NCBI GenBank assembly: GCA_963920595.1
Contig: OY986946.1
Coordinates: forward strand, 4,154,001 to 4,218,000
Length of the DNA stretch: 64,000 bases
Reading direction: 5' to 3'
Source of the DNA: Eimeria praecox
Taxonomy: Eukaryota
Under the pieces are notes generated by a model. That model worked only from the letters and a program-made list of their open reading frames with translations, did no database searches and was not told where the DNA came from. A program made the position numbers and the translations under genes. Of the stretch, positions 10,188-22,800 are shown in pieces; positions within the stretch are counted from its first letter, which is position 1, and the number at the start of each line of letters is the position of its first letter.

Positions 10188-13100
10188 ATGCGGCTGTTCA
10201 CACCTCACCCCCTCTTACTTGCAGCGCCTGTCCTACTTTACGAAGCATCTCGCGAACCAGAAAGTAGTCAGTTTTACACAATAAACAAAATACGGCACAT
10301 CTTAACTTGCTTTTTCCACTATTTCGGTGCAGCCTCTGCATCCTGGTTCGCGGGCACATCACAGTCCAGCGAAGCGTCCCAGAGTAACTCCGCAGAAGCC
10401 AGTCGTTCATCCAGTTTTGCTGAGCAGCACCTGCCCTGTTAAAAACGAAAGGCAGGTGTTATTTTGTGCATTTTTATGATTGGCGTCTGACAATGGGCTT
10501 CATTGTGTCTTGTTTGAATATCCCTGCTAGGCTGTCTAGGGTTTACAGGGCGGTATGAGTCGCCGCACTACTTGGACACCGCATCTACCTCTCTTGTGTC
10601 CTCCCTGCTGACTCGCTCTTCTCCTCATTCTTGGAGAAGAGGGCCCGTCGGAATTCCCGCGTCGTCTGCGAGTGTAAGAGGAGCCCTTTCTTCATCCTCG
10701 CTGTTGCCTCATATTCAAGCTGCTGCGGCAGCGAGCTCCCCAGACGAGGTAGAAGACGAGCCGCTGGGCGACGGTTACTTGCCATCTACAGAGGAGAATG
10801 AACAGTATGAAGCTGCAGATGGCCATGCACCGCACGCGCTGCGAGGAGACGCCGAGCGCCAGCAGCCGAGTGCAAATAGGAGTGGGACAGAAACGCATGC
10901 ATCCCCGAAACAAGAGACCACCGCCATTACTGATACTGCAGACGGTGGCACAACCCCTTTGGCGTTGTCCGCGATCACACCCAAGCAGCGGGGCCGACCG
11001 GGGGAGAAATTTAGAGATGAATACAAGCCCCCAGACTTCACCGTCGATTCTGTGGATTTACGCTTCCTCCTAGAAGATGCAAACACAAAAGTCAGTTATT
11101 GCTGAGTTTCTTCTAAGGGAAAAATGCTTTTTGATATGCGTTCTGGGGCTGATGTGGGGGGCTCAAGACTTAGTGTTTAGTGCTTGAGGTGTATTTTAGG
11201 TTACAGCGACGATGATTATGCGGAGAGCGGCGGGTACTCAGCCTACAGACCTGATCCTAAATGGGGAGGACTTGGATCTCGTCTCTTTGACGGTGAACGG
11301 AAGGCAAATAAAGCGTGTAGGCGGCACATCCGCGGCAGGTGAAGGAGAAGAAGGCTACAGAATGGGCAGCGACGGCAGCTTGATAATAAGTAAAGCAGTT
11401 CTTCCGCAGGAAGCGGGAGAACCCTTCACGCTGCAGACTGAGGTGTATATCCACCCGAAATCAAACCTTAAACTTAAGGGACTGTACGTCTCGGGGAGTG
11501 CTCTCGTGACGCAATGTGAAGCTGAAGGGTTCAGGAGGATAACGTATTTCCTAGACAGGCCTGACGTGCTGACGAAGTACAAAGTAAGCAAACACTCTCT
11601 TCATTTTGCCTCATTTCTGGAGGAAACCAACATAGCAGTGCACTGGAAATGCGCAGCCACTGCATAGCGACCCATTTCCACTCCTTCTTGCGTCTTTGTA
11701 CAATTAACCGCTCGTACTAGTCTTAGTATTTTTTGTAATCTGCAGGTTCGGCTGGAAGCAAACAAAGAGAAATACCCTGTCCTCCTGAGTAACGGCGAGA
11801 AGACCGAAGAAGGGCCTGTGGAAGATTCCCCTGACCACCACTTCGTGGTTTTTACAGATCCGCATCCCAAGCCAAGTTATCTCTTTGCGATTTTGGCCGG
11901 AGACTTTGCCGCTATAAAGGACAAATTTACCACCAAAGTTCGACCCACAAATCCTTCACACCGTCCAACCTCGTTTCTGTGTGTGTATATGTTGAGCGAA
12001 TGTGTGTAAGCAGTGCTTGCGGGTTCGTCAATTGCTTGCATTCGCAACCTTGTTCCTGTCTCTACTGTTTAAGCTATGTCTGTTCACTTTGTATGGGTTG
12101 CAGAGTGGCAAAGAAGTTGCACTTGCGGTGTACAGCGAACCGGCGCAGCTGCATAAGTTGAACTGGGCAATGCATAGCGTGAAAGTGAGCATGAAATGGG
12201 AGGAAGATCATTTTGGGAGGGAATATGATTTGGATACTTTCAACGTGGCATGTGTTTCTGACTTCAATGCTGGAGCCATGGAAAACAAGGGACTCAACAT
12301 CTTTAACTGTACTCTTCTGCTTGCGGACATGCAAACCAGCACAGGTCAGCACAGATTCCACTAGTGTTAGTTGTGCTGCAGCTGCAGCTCCTGCCGCTGC
12401 TGCTGGTGCAGAGGGCCCCCGCTGCATTTGCTATTCGGGCTGTCCCCGGTACTCTGATGCAGTTACCAATAGTTCATTGTAGAGACTTGGGGCCTCTGTT
12501 TTTCAAAACTCCAGCAACAGCGACGCTGCAGCTCCTTGCCCATTTCATTGTGCGTCGTTTTCAGTGTTCAGAACGTTCTGCATTCCGGGTGTACCACTAA
12601 TGCAGAGAGTATGATTTGCGTCAATGTTTTGTTGTTTCAGATGATGACTTTGAGCGCGTCCTGGCAGTCGTTGGGCATGAGTACTTCCACAATTGGACAG
12701 GCAACCGCGTGACAGTCCGGCAAGTTCCCACTTTGTTGTTTTTCTTTTCTCTTCTGCATACCCAGTTCTACCGACGTGCCTGTGGTGCTTGTTTAGCTCA
12801 TCTGAAGCAAAAATGGAAACGTATGCGATACGTAAAGTGCAGAAGCAGCGACAACCGGCTGCTTGACAAAGTGCATGCTTGTCGGCTTGCACCCGCAAGC
12901 CGACAAGCATGCACTTTGTCCGTCTCTGGTCGTAAGACGTGAAAGCTTCCTCGTACTTAATTTGCTCTCCTTTTGCTGTATGCCTTGCTCCTTTGATTTT
13001 AGGGATTGGTTCCAGTTGACACTGAAGGAAGGCCTGACGGTGTTTCGGGAGCAGCTGTTTATGGGCACCGTTATGTCGGCGGGAGTACAGCGTATTAAAG

Positions 13101-16100
13101 AAGTCGCTGATTTGATGTCAAGACAATTCGCGGAAGACGACGGCCCCATGGCTCATCCGATCCGTCCGGAGAGTTATGTGGCTATGGACAACTTCTACAC
13201 AGCCACCGTTTATGACAAGGGCGCAGAGGTCGTGCGCATGTGAGGTCTCTACATTTTTCAGCGTTTTTCTTAAACTTCCCCTAGGTCAAATCCATCTGTC
13301 TTCCGTGAACAGGCCCGCTGAGAGAACTCTCCAGTTCTGAAAATGCCTGTTGTCGCAGCGGTAGCAGTTGAACCCGCCAAGACCAGTTCAAGTGTGTGTG
13401 TCAGTGCCTGTATTACGCCGTATTAATCATCGTGATTTTCCCTCGGGAGGTTTCTCCGAGTTGTACGGTTTCATTCACTAGAAATCGTTTTTGTATTCTC
13501 CTGCGGTTTGTCTGCGGGCGCAGATACCACACTTTGCTCGGAGCCTCGGGCTTCCGGAAGGGAATGGACTTGTACTTTGAACGCCACGATAATAAGGCAG
13601 CCACTTGTGACGACTTCCGAGCTGCCATGGCAGATGCAAACGGCGTAAACCTGGACCAAATGGACCGTTGGTACCGTCAGGTGAAACTATGAACTGTATC
13701 TGATCCAGTGTTGACTACGTGCTGAAGGACGGGATGTGTCTTGAAGTGCAGCTGCCCCTTCGCTTTATTCTGATGTAAACAAGCAATGAATATGAAAAAT
13801 GTTTTCTAGCTTCCTTTTGTCGATGCAGCATAGAAGTGGCGACGCTGCAGAACGCTGCCACCTAATTTATGTTTGTCTTCCCATTTCTGCTTTATATTTT
13901 TCTTTTCAAAGGCTTCATCGTGCACGCACCGTTTGCCTGCCCTCGAGTTGTTTTAGTATGCAGCATTTAGACTTCACGCTTCGTATATGCTGCCTTCGCC
14001 TAATATTTTCTTCACTACTTTTCTTTTTGCCAGTTTTGCGTCAAGAGCGTTTCGATTGTGTACTCCACAGGCGGGCACTCCTCGTCTGGAGGTACTGCAA
14101 TCTCAGTACAAAGAAGATGCCCAAATTTTCGAGATAAGGTTTAGACAACATACCCCGCCGTCTCCTGGCCAAGAGACCAAAGAGCCGCAAGTCATTCCTG
14201 TTAAGATTGGGCTCATCGGAAAGGATTCCCACAAAGACCTGTTGCACCCCTCGGTGGTAAGGAGGGTTTGATGGAACAAATTTAAATTCATGGGCTTGCC
14301 TGCACAAACACACAGGACGTATCTGTATTTCTCATGCAGCTAGGATAGATAAATAATATACATGCATTTATGTCAATGCAAAGGCATGTATGCATATCGA
14401 AAGCACATGAAAAAGGTTTTGTAAGTAACGCGAGTCAGTACTTCGACTCATTTCCCTTGCAAATATCATTATGAGCTTGTGAAGGAGCAGGAGTCGGAAA
14501 TTCATGCGGCCATGGGGATGCCCAGGTGCATGCACGAACTACTGGCCACTTTGTTTTGCTTTTTTCTGTGCTGTTAGCTCTCCAGATGTTATCGCGTTTG
14601 TTCGTATGCGTGCCTCTGCAAACGTTTCTTGAATCAGTCTGTGCTGGAGGAGAATTAAGTTGTCAAGCCCGTAGCTGGCAATGCCCTTTTCTTTTTGCTT
14701 TATTGCTCCTTTCTCCTCCTCCTTGTTCCTATTTCTCTTTTTCAACCTGTTTATTGCCCCGCCCTTTTGTTTTTATCTCCCTTATCTGGTACAGCTCCCG
14801 CATGCATCCTTTTTCCCAATGTGCTCATTGTTGCTACCGCCTGCAGGTGTTGGAGATGACAGAAGAGGAGCAGACATTCAGAATCAGAGGTGTACGTGAA
14901 CCCTGCGTGCCATCGATATTGCGTGGGTTCTCTGCTCCTGTGCGTTTGATAAACCCTCTTCAGACAGCCGAAGAAAATGCATTTCTTTTGGCTTACGACA
15001 CGGACCCGGTGACGAAGTGGTTCGCCTCCAGAGCCCTGGCTGCTCCAATAGTTATTTCTCGATCTAAGAGGCTCGCAGCAGATAAAAGTATTACTATTGT
15101 TGAAAAGCTTCCTGAGGATTACGTCGAGGCTCTAAGAACAACCCTTACGGACCAGGCCACCGACAATGCACTGAAGGTAACGAACGGCCTTCCTTGCGTC
15201 TTTTCTTGTTGCTCCGTCCTCATCGAGGCACGGATGTGGTGCTCCACCGCAACTATGAAACCGCTCTTTTTGTCTGAGTCCCTTACGCGTATAAGGGGGG
15301 AGTGCATGCTCTAGTTTGATGATTTGGTGCAGCGTATACGCAGACGCCGACACAGCAGTCCCGTGCCCACACCAACGCGCATGGGTGGCTGCTTTAGTTC
15401 AAAATGGGAGAACATCCATATTCACACTGGGACTGCGCTGGGCTGTGGTACAGGGACTTCTGTTGCAACGCGGCTGTGCACGTTTGTACTTTCTTCTACA
15501 TAGGCACGTTTGCATCTTGTTTTTTCTTATTACAGGCACTCATTCTGCAGCTTCCTGACTGGAATGTTCTATCTAGGGAGTTGACGCCAATAGACCCCGA
15601 AGCGCTCCATAAGGCCATTAGAACAGTGAAGGCTGACTTGGCCGCAGCGCTGAAGCCTGAAATGCTTGATCTGTACAAACAACTCACTATTCCCGCTGGC
15701 CAGCAGGACGAGGTGACCGAGGAGGAAACCGGCAGAAGAAAGTTGCGGAACACTTTGTTACATTTCCTGTCGGCGGCACGCGACGAGGAAGCAGTTGAAA
15801 GGGCCTTCAAACACTTTACAGAAGCTAAATGTATGACAGATAAATATGCGAGCCTCATCGCCCTCAGCAACATGCCGACTGGAGAACGAGAACAGGCCTT
15901 CTCACGCTTCTATGAGGACGCAGCAGGTTCGGTTTCACGAAACGCACCCAAACAAAGAAACGGGTGTATACGGCTAGCCCTTGCGCACCAGGCAGCACTG
16001 ATATGCGACTGATAAGCAAGCTCACTGCAGTCGCAGCCAGCCTCGTGCATGCAGCCGAGACGTAGGGAAGACCAGCGTCCCTTACTGTAAGCACAACCGC

Positions 16101-16863
16101 ATTTTAACGGAGCGTTTCTGCTGTATGCTGACTTTTCTCCTTGCACAGGAGACCCTCTTGTTGTTGACAAGTGGTTCAAAGCGCAGGCGCTCTCCGACCT
16201 TCCAGACCAAGTGGAACGCGTCGCTGCTTTGCTGCAGCATCCAGCATTTTCTCTCAAAAATCCCAACAGGCTTCGGTCTTTGGTGTATGTGTTTGCTGCT
16301 GTCAATCACGTCCACTTCCACAGAAGCGATGGAAAAGGATATGAACTCCTCGCCGACGTCGTCCTTCAGGTAGGCATTCATCTCTACTTCGTACGCGTAT
16401 TACCCACACGCAGCATGCGATAAATAGCGCAGTTTGTTTACCTTACATAATGATGCATCAGGAGCTCACTTTGCCTGGGTGTATACAGTAGTAGCGGCAG
16501 GCAGCGAGGGGCCTTGCAGTAGAATTGCTCGTTGTGGAAATGCCTGGAATATCTTTCTATGCTTTCCCTAGCAGCTTGTGGCAAAACTTGGAACAGAAGT
16601 GTGCTAAAGCCTCGTGTGGCTGTTGGATGTGCGCTGTGCTGCAGGCCGATCGCATTAACCCCGTAGCCGCGTCGCGTGGAGCGAAGATCTTCCTTAATTG
16701 GCGGCAATATGACGAATCGCGGCAGCAGCTGATTCAGCAGCAGCTGCGGCGCATTCTCGCAGAACCTTCCTTGTCTAAAAATGTCAAGGAAGTCGTTGTG
16801 TTGGCTTTAGACTCTCCCGCTTCACCCCCTCCAGCTCCACAACCACCTCAGTCTGACTCCTGA
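10188..16863 (+). CDS. M1-family alanyl aminopeptidase (aminopeptidase N, PepN/PfA-M1-like)
   Basis: Core exons ...-11090, 11200-11583, 11746-11937, 12104-12344, 12641-12719, 13003-13239, 13524-13680, 14071-14256, 14847-15176, 15536-15926, 16149-16369 and 16645-16863 splice in frame. Motifs [56 protein letters not shown] (HExxH-x18-E), [14 protein letters not shown] and NPNRLRSL. The 5' exon and start at 10188 are tentative. Confidence 0.95.
12865..12920. repeat. Perfect inverted repeat, 26-bp arms with 4-nt loop, intronic
   Basis: GACAAAGTGCATGCTTGTCGGCTTGC-ACCC-GCAAGCCGACAAGCATGCACTTTGTC. Confidence 0.95.
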
Positions 16864-18732
16864 GCGACTCTTATCAGGGAAATGAGTTTTGTCTTACTTA
16901 GCAGTACTTGGAATACTTGCAGAATTAAAACTGAATGACAAGGAGCAGAGCCGCATATTAGCCAAGGAGGTGGCGCCCCTGTACAAGACAGAGAGCAGTG
17001 CCCCCCCTGCAAAGTGGCGTGCGTATGTGCAGAAATTTTTTTGTCTACAGAGCCTCCAAATATGTTCTATGCATGTTATAGGCTCTTGATTCGCACACCG
17101 GATGCAATACATGATGTGTATGCTTTCCCTTCGGTGACATCGCAGCCCGTGGGCGCTTATCTTTTCTCCTGTCCGTTGAACCAACGAACAAGCTTAAGGC
17201 ATTTGACAGGCAGAGGCAGCGAGACAAGCATGCTACGAAGATGCTGTAGCCGGCAGAAAAATGTTCCGCTATCATCAAGCACTGTGTAACGGCACATCAA
17301 ATAGATAGCGCTTGCATTTATAACGGGAAGAGCATTAGAACTAGCAACCCACCGAGAAATGTTGTTTCCGGTCGATGACGCTAATTCACTTTTTTCAGTT
17401 TCCGTGAGGGCATGAAAGCGCCACCCGCTGCATCATAAGTTGCTGGCACTCCTTTACTGGTTGTTTTTTGTCCTGTCCCCCCCACTGAATTATTGCACGA
17501 GCACACTTCTCAACTGCTCTTCTTATGTGAGCAAAAATGCCATCTTAACTGCTCATATGATGCACCAGTGCATCTATGCGTACTCTTAACTGCATGAGCA
17601 CACCCACAGTTTCGTCCTCTCAGCTACTCGTACCCGCCCTCTCAACGATAGTGGAAGGGCAGACGACGTGTCCTCTTCTCTGCTCATATAATGCATTAGG
17701 GAACCCTTACAGACATACATTTAGCTTTATTCTAAGATGTTTTCCTATTTGGAATAACAGACCATCTTCCCGTCACTTTCCTGTACGCACTGCTCCCACC
17801 AGAGCCGGCGAAGGCACAGGGTTGCGATAAGCCCGGCCCTTAAAGCTTGGCTGCGGAAGTGGCAAAAAATACCAAAAAGGCTAAATTTATGTTTAGGGTA
17901 TTGTCTCGAGAAAGCAGCGGGAGAAAAGTACCAGGAGCGATGACTAGAGGGGGGCGGCCCATCCTTCAACTACCACACCTTCGCCCGGCAGGGATCTGAG
18001 GGGTGGTAAGGCCAGTAAAGATTATAGTCTTACATAAGCAGTGATGCCAACAATTTAACTATTTATTGCCATCCTGATCGACTCTCCTTTGATTGTCTGC
18101 AAAAGTTAGAGCACTTGATCGTAGGCAGCCGTCATTGCCGTAGAGGATCTCGAGCACTGGTGATCAGCATCACGTAGACGCTTACTCGAAAAAACACTCA
18201 TGTATTGCATCAATAGCCTTAAGATTAACGCTGTGTCTGAATGTAATCAAACCAACATCTTCTTTCCAGTTTACAGCTTTCACCGGGACTGCGTGCTCCG
18301 GTGGAAAGTTAGCAAGCGGGAAAGGGGCCTTGTATTCGTATCTGGCATGCCAAAACATATTTGTATGTTGCTCAGAAGAGCGGAACTTCTTCAAAATAGA
18401 AAAAGGAAAAAAATAAGAAAAAAGATGGGATATTAAATTCAGCATGTTACGCTCCTATTCGCCGTTCTGTCTCTCAGGGGGTGGGGCCATCCCCCACATT
18501 AATCAACATGGTGCAGCGGCAGACACAATACGTACCAATCTTTCGCCTTTTACTAAAGATTGCCGTGTGTCTGCCGCGTTACAATGCATCTCGAACAAAT
18601 TTTTGGGGCGCTTCGGCGCCAACGATAACGTGCATTTCGTGCTTTTGCTTGCTATTCTTTTAAATTGGGTGATTAATTTGGCTAGTTTGCAAAGGTTGGC
18701 TTGGCGGTGAAGCGGCGGGGGGCTTTGATTTC

Positions 18733-18820
18733 TTCGTGAGTATTTGAGTTTCTCTAGTGCTGGGTCACGGGGGCTTTCGTGAGTATTTGAGTTTCTCTTT
18801 TTTTGGGTTACGGGCGCTTT
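18733..18820. repeat. ~43-bp imperfect tandem duplication
   Basis: TTCGTGAGTATTTGAGTTTCTCT occurs at 18733 and 18776, each followed by a similar TGGGTYACGGGSGCTTT tail. Confidence 0.8.
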
Positions 18821-19817
18821 GTGTGTTCCCTGAATGTAAATATCCCTTTTACCTTTAAGGCGTGCAGTTGCTGTTCTGCTTACTATTCTTAGTCTCTAGT
18901 CGAATGAAAGTGGGCAGTCTATATACCCCCTCAATTTGTTCCTGCTCTGCCGCCCATTAAGGCGTAACTGCGTCCATTTGCACAAATGGTTGATTTCCGT
19001 TACTGCTCACCACAGATGCCACTGGGGGGTAGCAACTCTGCCCTTACTATACAGCAGTGCACGCCTAAGAACTTCGACAGCAGTGTAGTGGCCTTCCCTA
19101 GCCTGGAGGGGTGAGATATTTGCCCCTTAAGGACCCCGGATTCTCGCTGTTTCACAGCAGGAATTCTCCAAATGACCTGCCACCACCTAGAGCACCTCCA
19201 ACTGCTTTTACTGTTCCGCAAAAGAAATTGATAACAATAGAGCCTAGAACATATGAATGGAACTGAGAGTTGATCACCTGTAACCGGGCGCGCTCAGAGT
19301 TGTTTACTAAAGAGTACAACTTTAAGGTTTTTTTAGTGTTTTGTTCGAAAAAAGACGCATTCCCTATAGAAGCGGTCAGAAAAAAGGAGTTCCCTTAACG
19401 CCCGCAAGCTTTTGGCAGGCGAACACCGTGGGTATTAGACCATGGAGACCCGAAGGTTTTGCAGAGCGTAAAGCTGCATCCCCTCGCACGTAGGTGTGAA
19501 TTATTGCTTAACGATTGATGGATTTGTATGTTCTCTGTGGGCCATCACCAAAAAGGGCCAAGTGCTTTGACAAAGCTACGATTTCAGCCTGTCCAACAGC
19601 ACGTCTGCATCAGTCCTGTGCAGTGCAGCTAGAGGCGAAAAGGGGAACGTGCATACGCAAACAAACCACACCTGTTCCTGTGTACTACGAGATGTATTAT
19701 ATAACAGCGCACGCCTACAGAACGAAAGCGCGGATGGAACTGCTTGTACATAAGAGCGCAGGCTCACCAAGTGGGAAGATGCAGTCCGTGTGCATGCATG
19801 CATGTTTGGTTGTTCGT

Positions 19818-22800
19818 TTATGACAAACTTGATGTCATTTCTTTCAAAGGAGGGGCAAACGCAATTATATCGCGCGTCGAGTTGCTTTGCTTCTCGAGAA
19901 CTTCAGGCCCAAAGCCATTGGACATGCTTGAGGTTGCCGAGGATTCCTCCCAAGGAGCTCTGCTGCTGCAAATGCACATTATCCACCAGGGCAGCTTTAT
20001 CTTGTCATGGTACAACAATAGCGTTATGAGAATTATGAAGAAAAGAGCCACTCCAAGCGTCGAAACCAGCACCACCCACTTTGGCATGTCGCCGACGCAC
20101 TGGCGCTCGTTCTTCACCTGCATTTCCTGAGCGAAAAAGACGAATAAAGGCAACAAAGCAAGCAACGCGGCTTGTTAGGATCACGCAAGAAAATCCTGTG
20201 CTAAACGAACAGTCGAGAACTTTACTGTAATGGCCGTATGCATTGGTTCGGGACAGTACATTTCAACGAAACATGCTCGTACACCCTTAGTTTAGTTTTT
20301 ATGGTTCCATCACCCTGCCTATCCGTTTTTCCCGCTGAGTTCCTACTTTCTGCCACTATGCAGCAAACATGCGGTGTCTGTCCGCTTGCTTGGGTCTCTC
20401 ACCTTTACAAAAGGCGTTACAGACTTCAGGAGGACGGGATCGTAAATTCCTCTGCACCTTCGAACAAGGCGACTGGCCATTTCGCTGGCGGTCATATCAA
20501 AGCCTAGGGTGTCGGGAGTCATATCTCCCAAGCCTTCAATCACGATGTGAATAAGCACAACGTTTGGTTTCAGGAGGTCTTCGGCGTTCCTGCGAAGCGC
20601 CGGAGGTAAACCCGTGCCAAACGCACTTTTTCTGTACAACTGTCCTCCCCGCAGAAGTCTGGCAACGCCTTTCCATTTGATTCTTTCCGCGTCTATGACT
20701 CTTTTCTGCCCCCACTGCAACGGCTCCTGAGCCATGAGGTTCGTAATCTTCTCTTTGCTCCCTTCTTCTAGCCCGTCTTCAACAAACTTTTGGTTATCTC
20801 GCAGTAGAAGCACCTGAACATCCGGGTCAAACTTCGCCTTCGACTGCTGCGAGCCCCCTGCCGAGTCGTAAACGTCAGCAAATCCCGAATATACTACTTC
20901 CACATGACCCAGGTTACCCAGCGACGGGTCCCACTGCAGCTCTGCACAGAGAAGCTGCGTTGCAGTGTATGCAGTCAAAGCTAGGACATCGCGCTGCAGA
21001 GGATCAGGCCAATCTGAGAGGGGCCTGGAGCTCCAAGGGTCGATAAGAGAAACATCTACAAGAAGGTTTCCCGGTTGCATGCGTTCTTTAAGTTCCTCTA
21101 GGGTGTCTGTTTCCATGTCCATCCCAAATATGCCATGGTCTATGAAACCTCCAGCCTTCGTCCGCTCTAAATAACCAGTCACCGATACGTTCGGTCGCAT
21201 GGCTGAGGTCGCAGCAATCGGCGGACTTTGCACGAATTGAAAATTCTGAAATCGCTGCAGCGAACGATCCAGCTTTCCCTCTACGCTCGCCGCCACCTGC
21301 CGCTGCAGCGAGTCAATAGCCGCCTTGTCCAGCTCGTTCCCGCCACTGCGCCCGCGGTTGAGGCCCAAGGCTTGTGCGGAGTCAAACTTCAGTACCATAA
21401 ATCCAGCATGTGGTCTGTCAAAGGCCAGTCAGCAGCAAACACGTACCGCACACCAACAGCCGAGAACCATCATGAATGCCCCTTGATGTCAAGGTGTGAA
21501 CTGCCCAACGGTGCACTTTACGCTTGTTCAGGTGTATTCACCGCGGTTGAATGCGTCTACGAACCTGCTTGATACGACCCGCTTCATAACGCTCGCCATC
21601 ATGAGGAGCATCCAATACTGAAATTGGTTGTGTTGGTACTGCCGCACGTACGTGTTGTAAAAGTCGTTCATTGTCAAAACTCCTGGAGAAGCACAAGCAT
21701 AAAACCCACAAGTTCATGTACGGCTCAGCGCTACGGTTCGCATGAACACAAAACAGTTCCCCACACAGCCACTTCACACCTCATAAAAATATAGTATATA
21801 TAATACATATTAGCTGGTGCACCTGCTACTGCGGCCCCTCTTCGGCTCACCCGTTCCATCCGTCCGTCTGGACTGGCCATCGCCTTTCTTGTCCGGTCTA
21901 ATATACAAGTTCTTGCTGAAGCAAAAAGCGAAGCCTTCGAATGCCGTCCTAAGGATCATGGGAAAACCCGAAATTGAAACGTCGGCCGGCAGCTTCGTGA
22001 CTTGTGTGTAGTCAATCAAATCCGCAAAGTCTGAATCTTCTCTGTACTTCCGCAGCACCATTATCAAGTCGTGATGGCGGTGAATCTCCTTTCCCACGAT
22101 TTTAAGCTGTTATGAGCATTACACACAAGCACTTGACAATATATACATGTCCTCAGGCGATATAGATGCTATTCACACACAGCAACGTTCATCTCGAATC
22201 CACGCACGCATGTAACTCCTCAAAACGGACACAAATACTCAACCACCAAAGCAGCGTACTCCTCAGTACAAACCATGCAGGCACTGCATGCACTCATCCG
22301 CTTATTTCTATTTACGTGAGCAAGGTAAACCTCAACTCTCCCTTCACACCAGGGGGGAAGCGATGCATGCGAAGTTGAGAAATAATCCGATTCACACAAC
22401 TGCGCCACTTAAAAATGCAGTGTTGGTATATGCTTAAGAAGTGCTGTTCTAAACTACGTAGAAAAGGGTAATATCGAATTCAACACGATTGGCCAACGAG
22501 GCCCCCGAGAGCCGAAATCAAAAGCGACAGCGAGAGGAGTGTTGTAGCCACGTTGTGACTCGCGTTCTCGGTTATCTCGGTACACAGCATCTTTCAGAGC
22601 ATCTGTTTCTGTCTCTTCTGACTGAACAGCAAGCATGGAGCTTACGCCGTCTAGGAAGAAGGATGGAGTACCGCATGAGAGTTCCTCGGCGAAGAGCATC
22701 TGAACCTGCACGGCTGCATGCCGCGGCACTTCAAAATTTTCCGCCAAACCCTTCAAATAACTCAAATACGCGTCGCCTCCCGTGCCATGACGAGCGTACG

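Noticed and set aside
16900..19800. Short ORFs between the aminopeptidase and the membrane-protein gene
   Set aside because: No motifs or splice-consistent chain; probably UTR and intergenic sequence.
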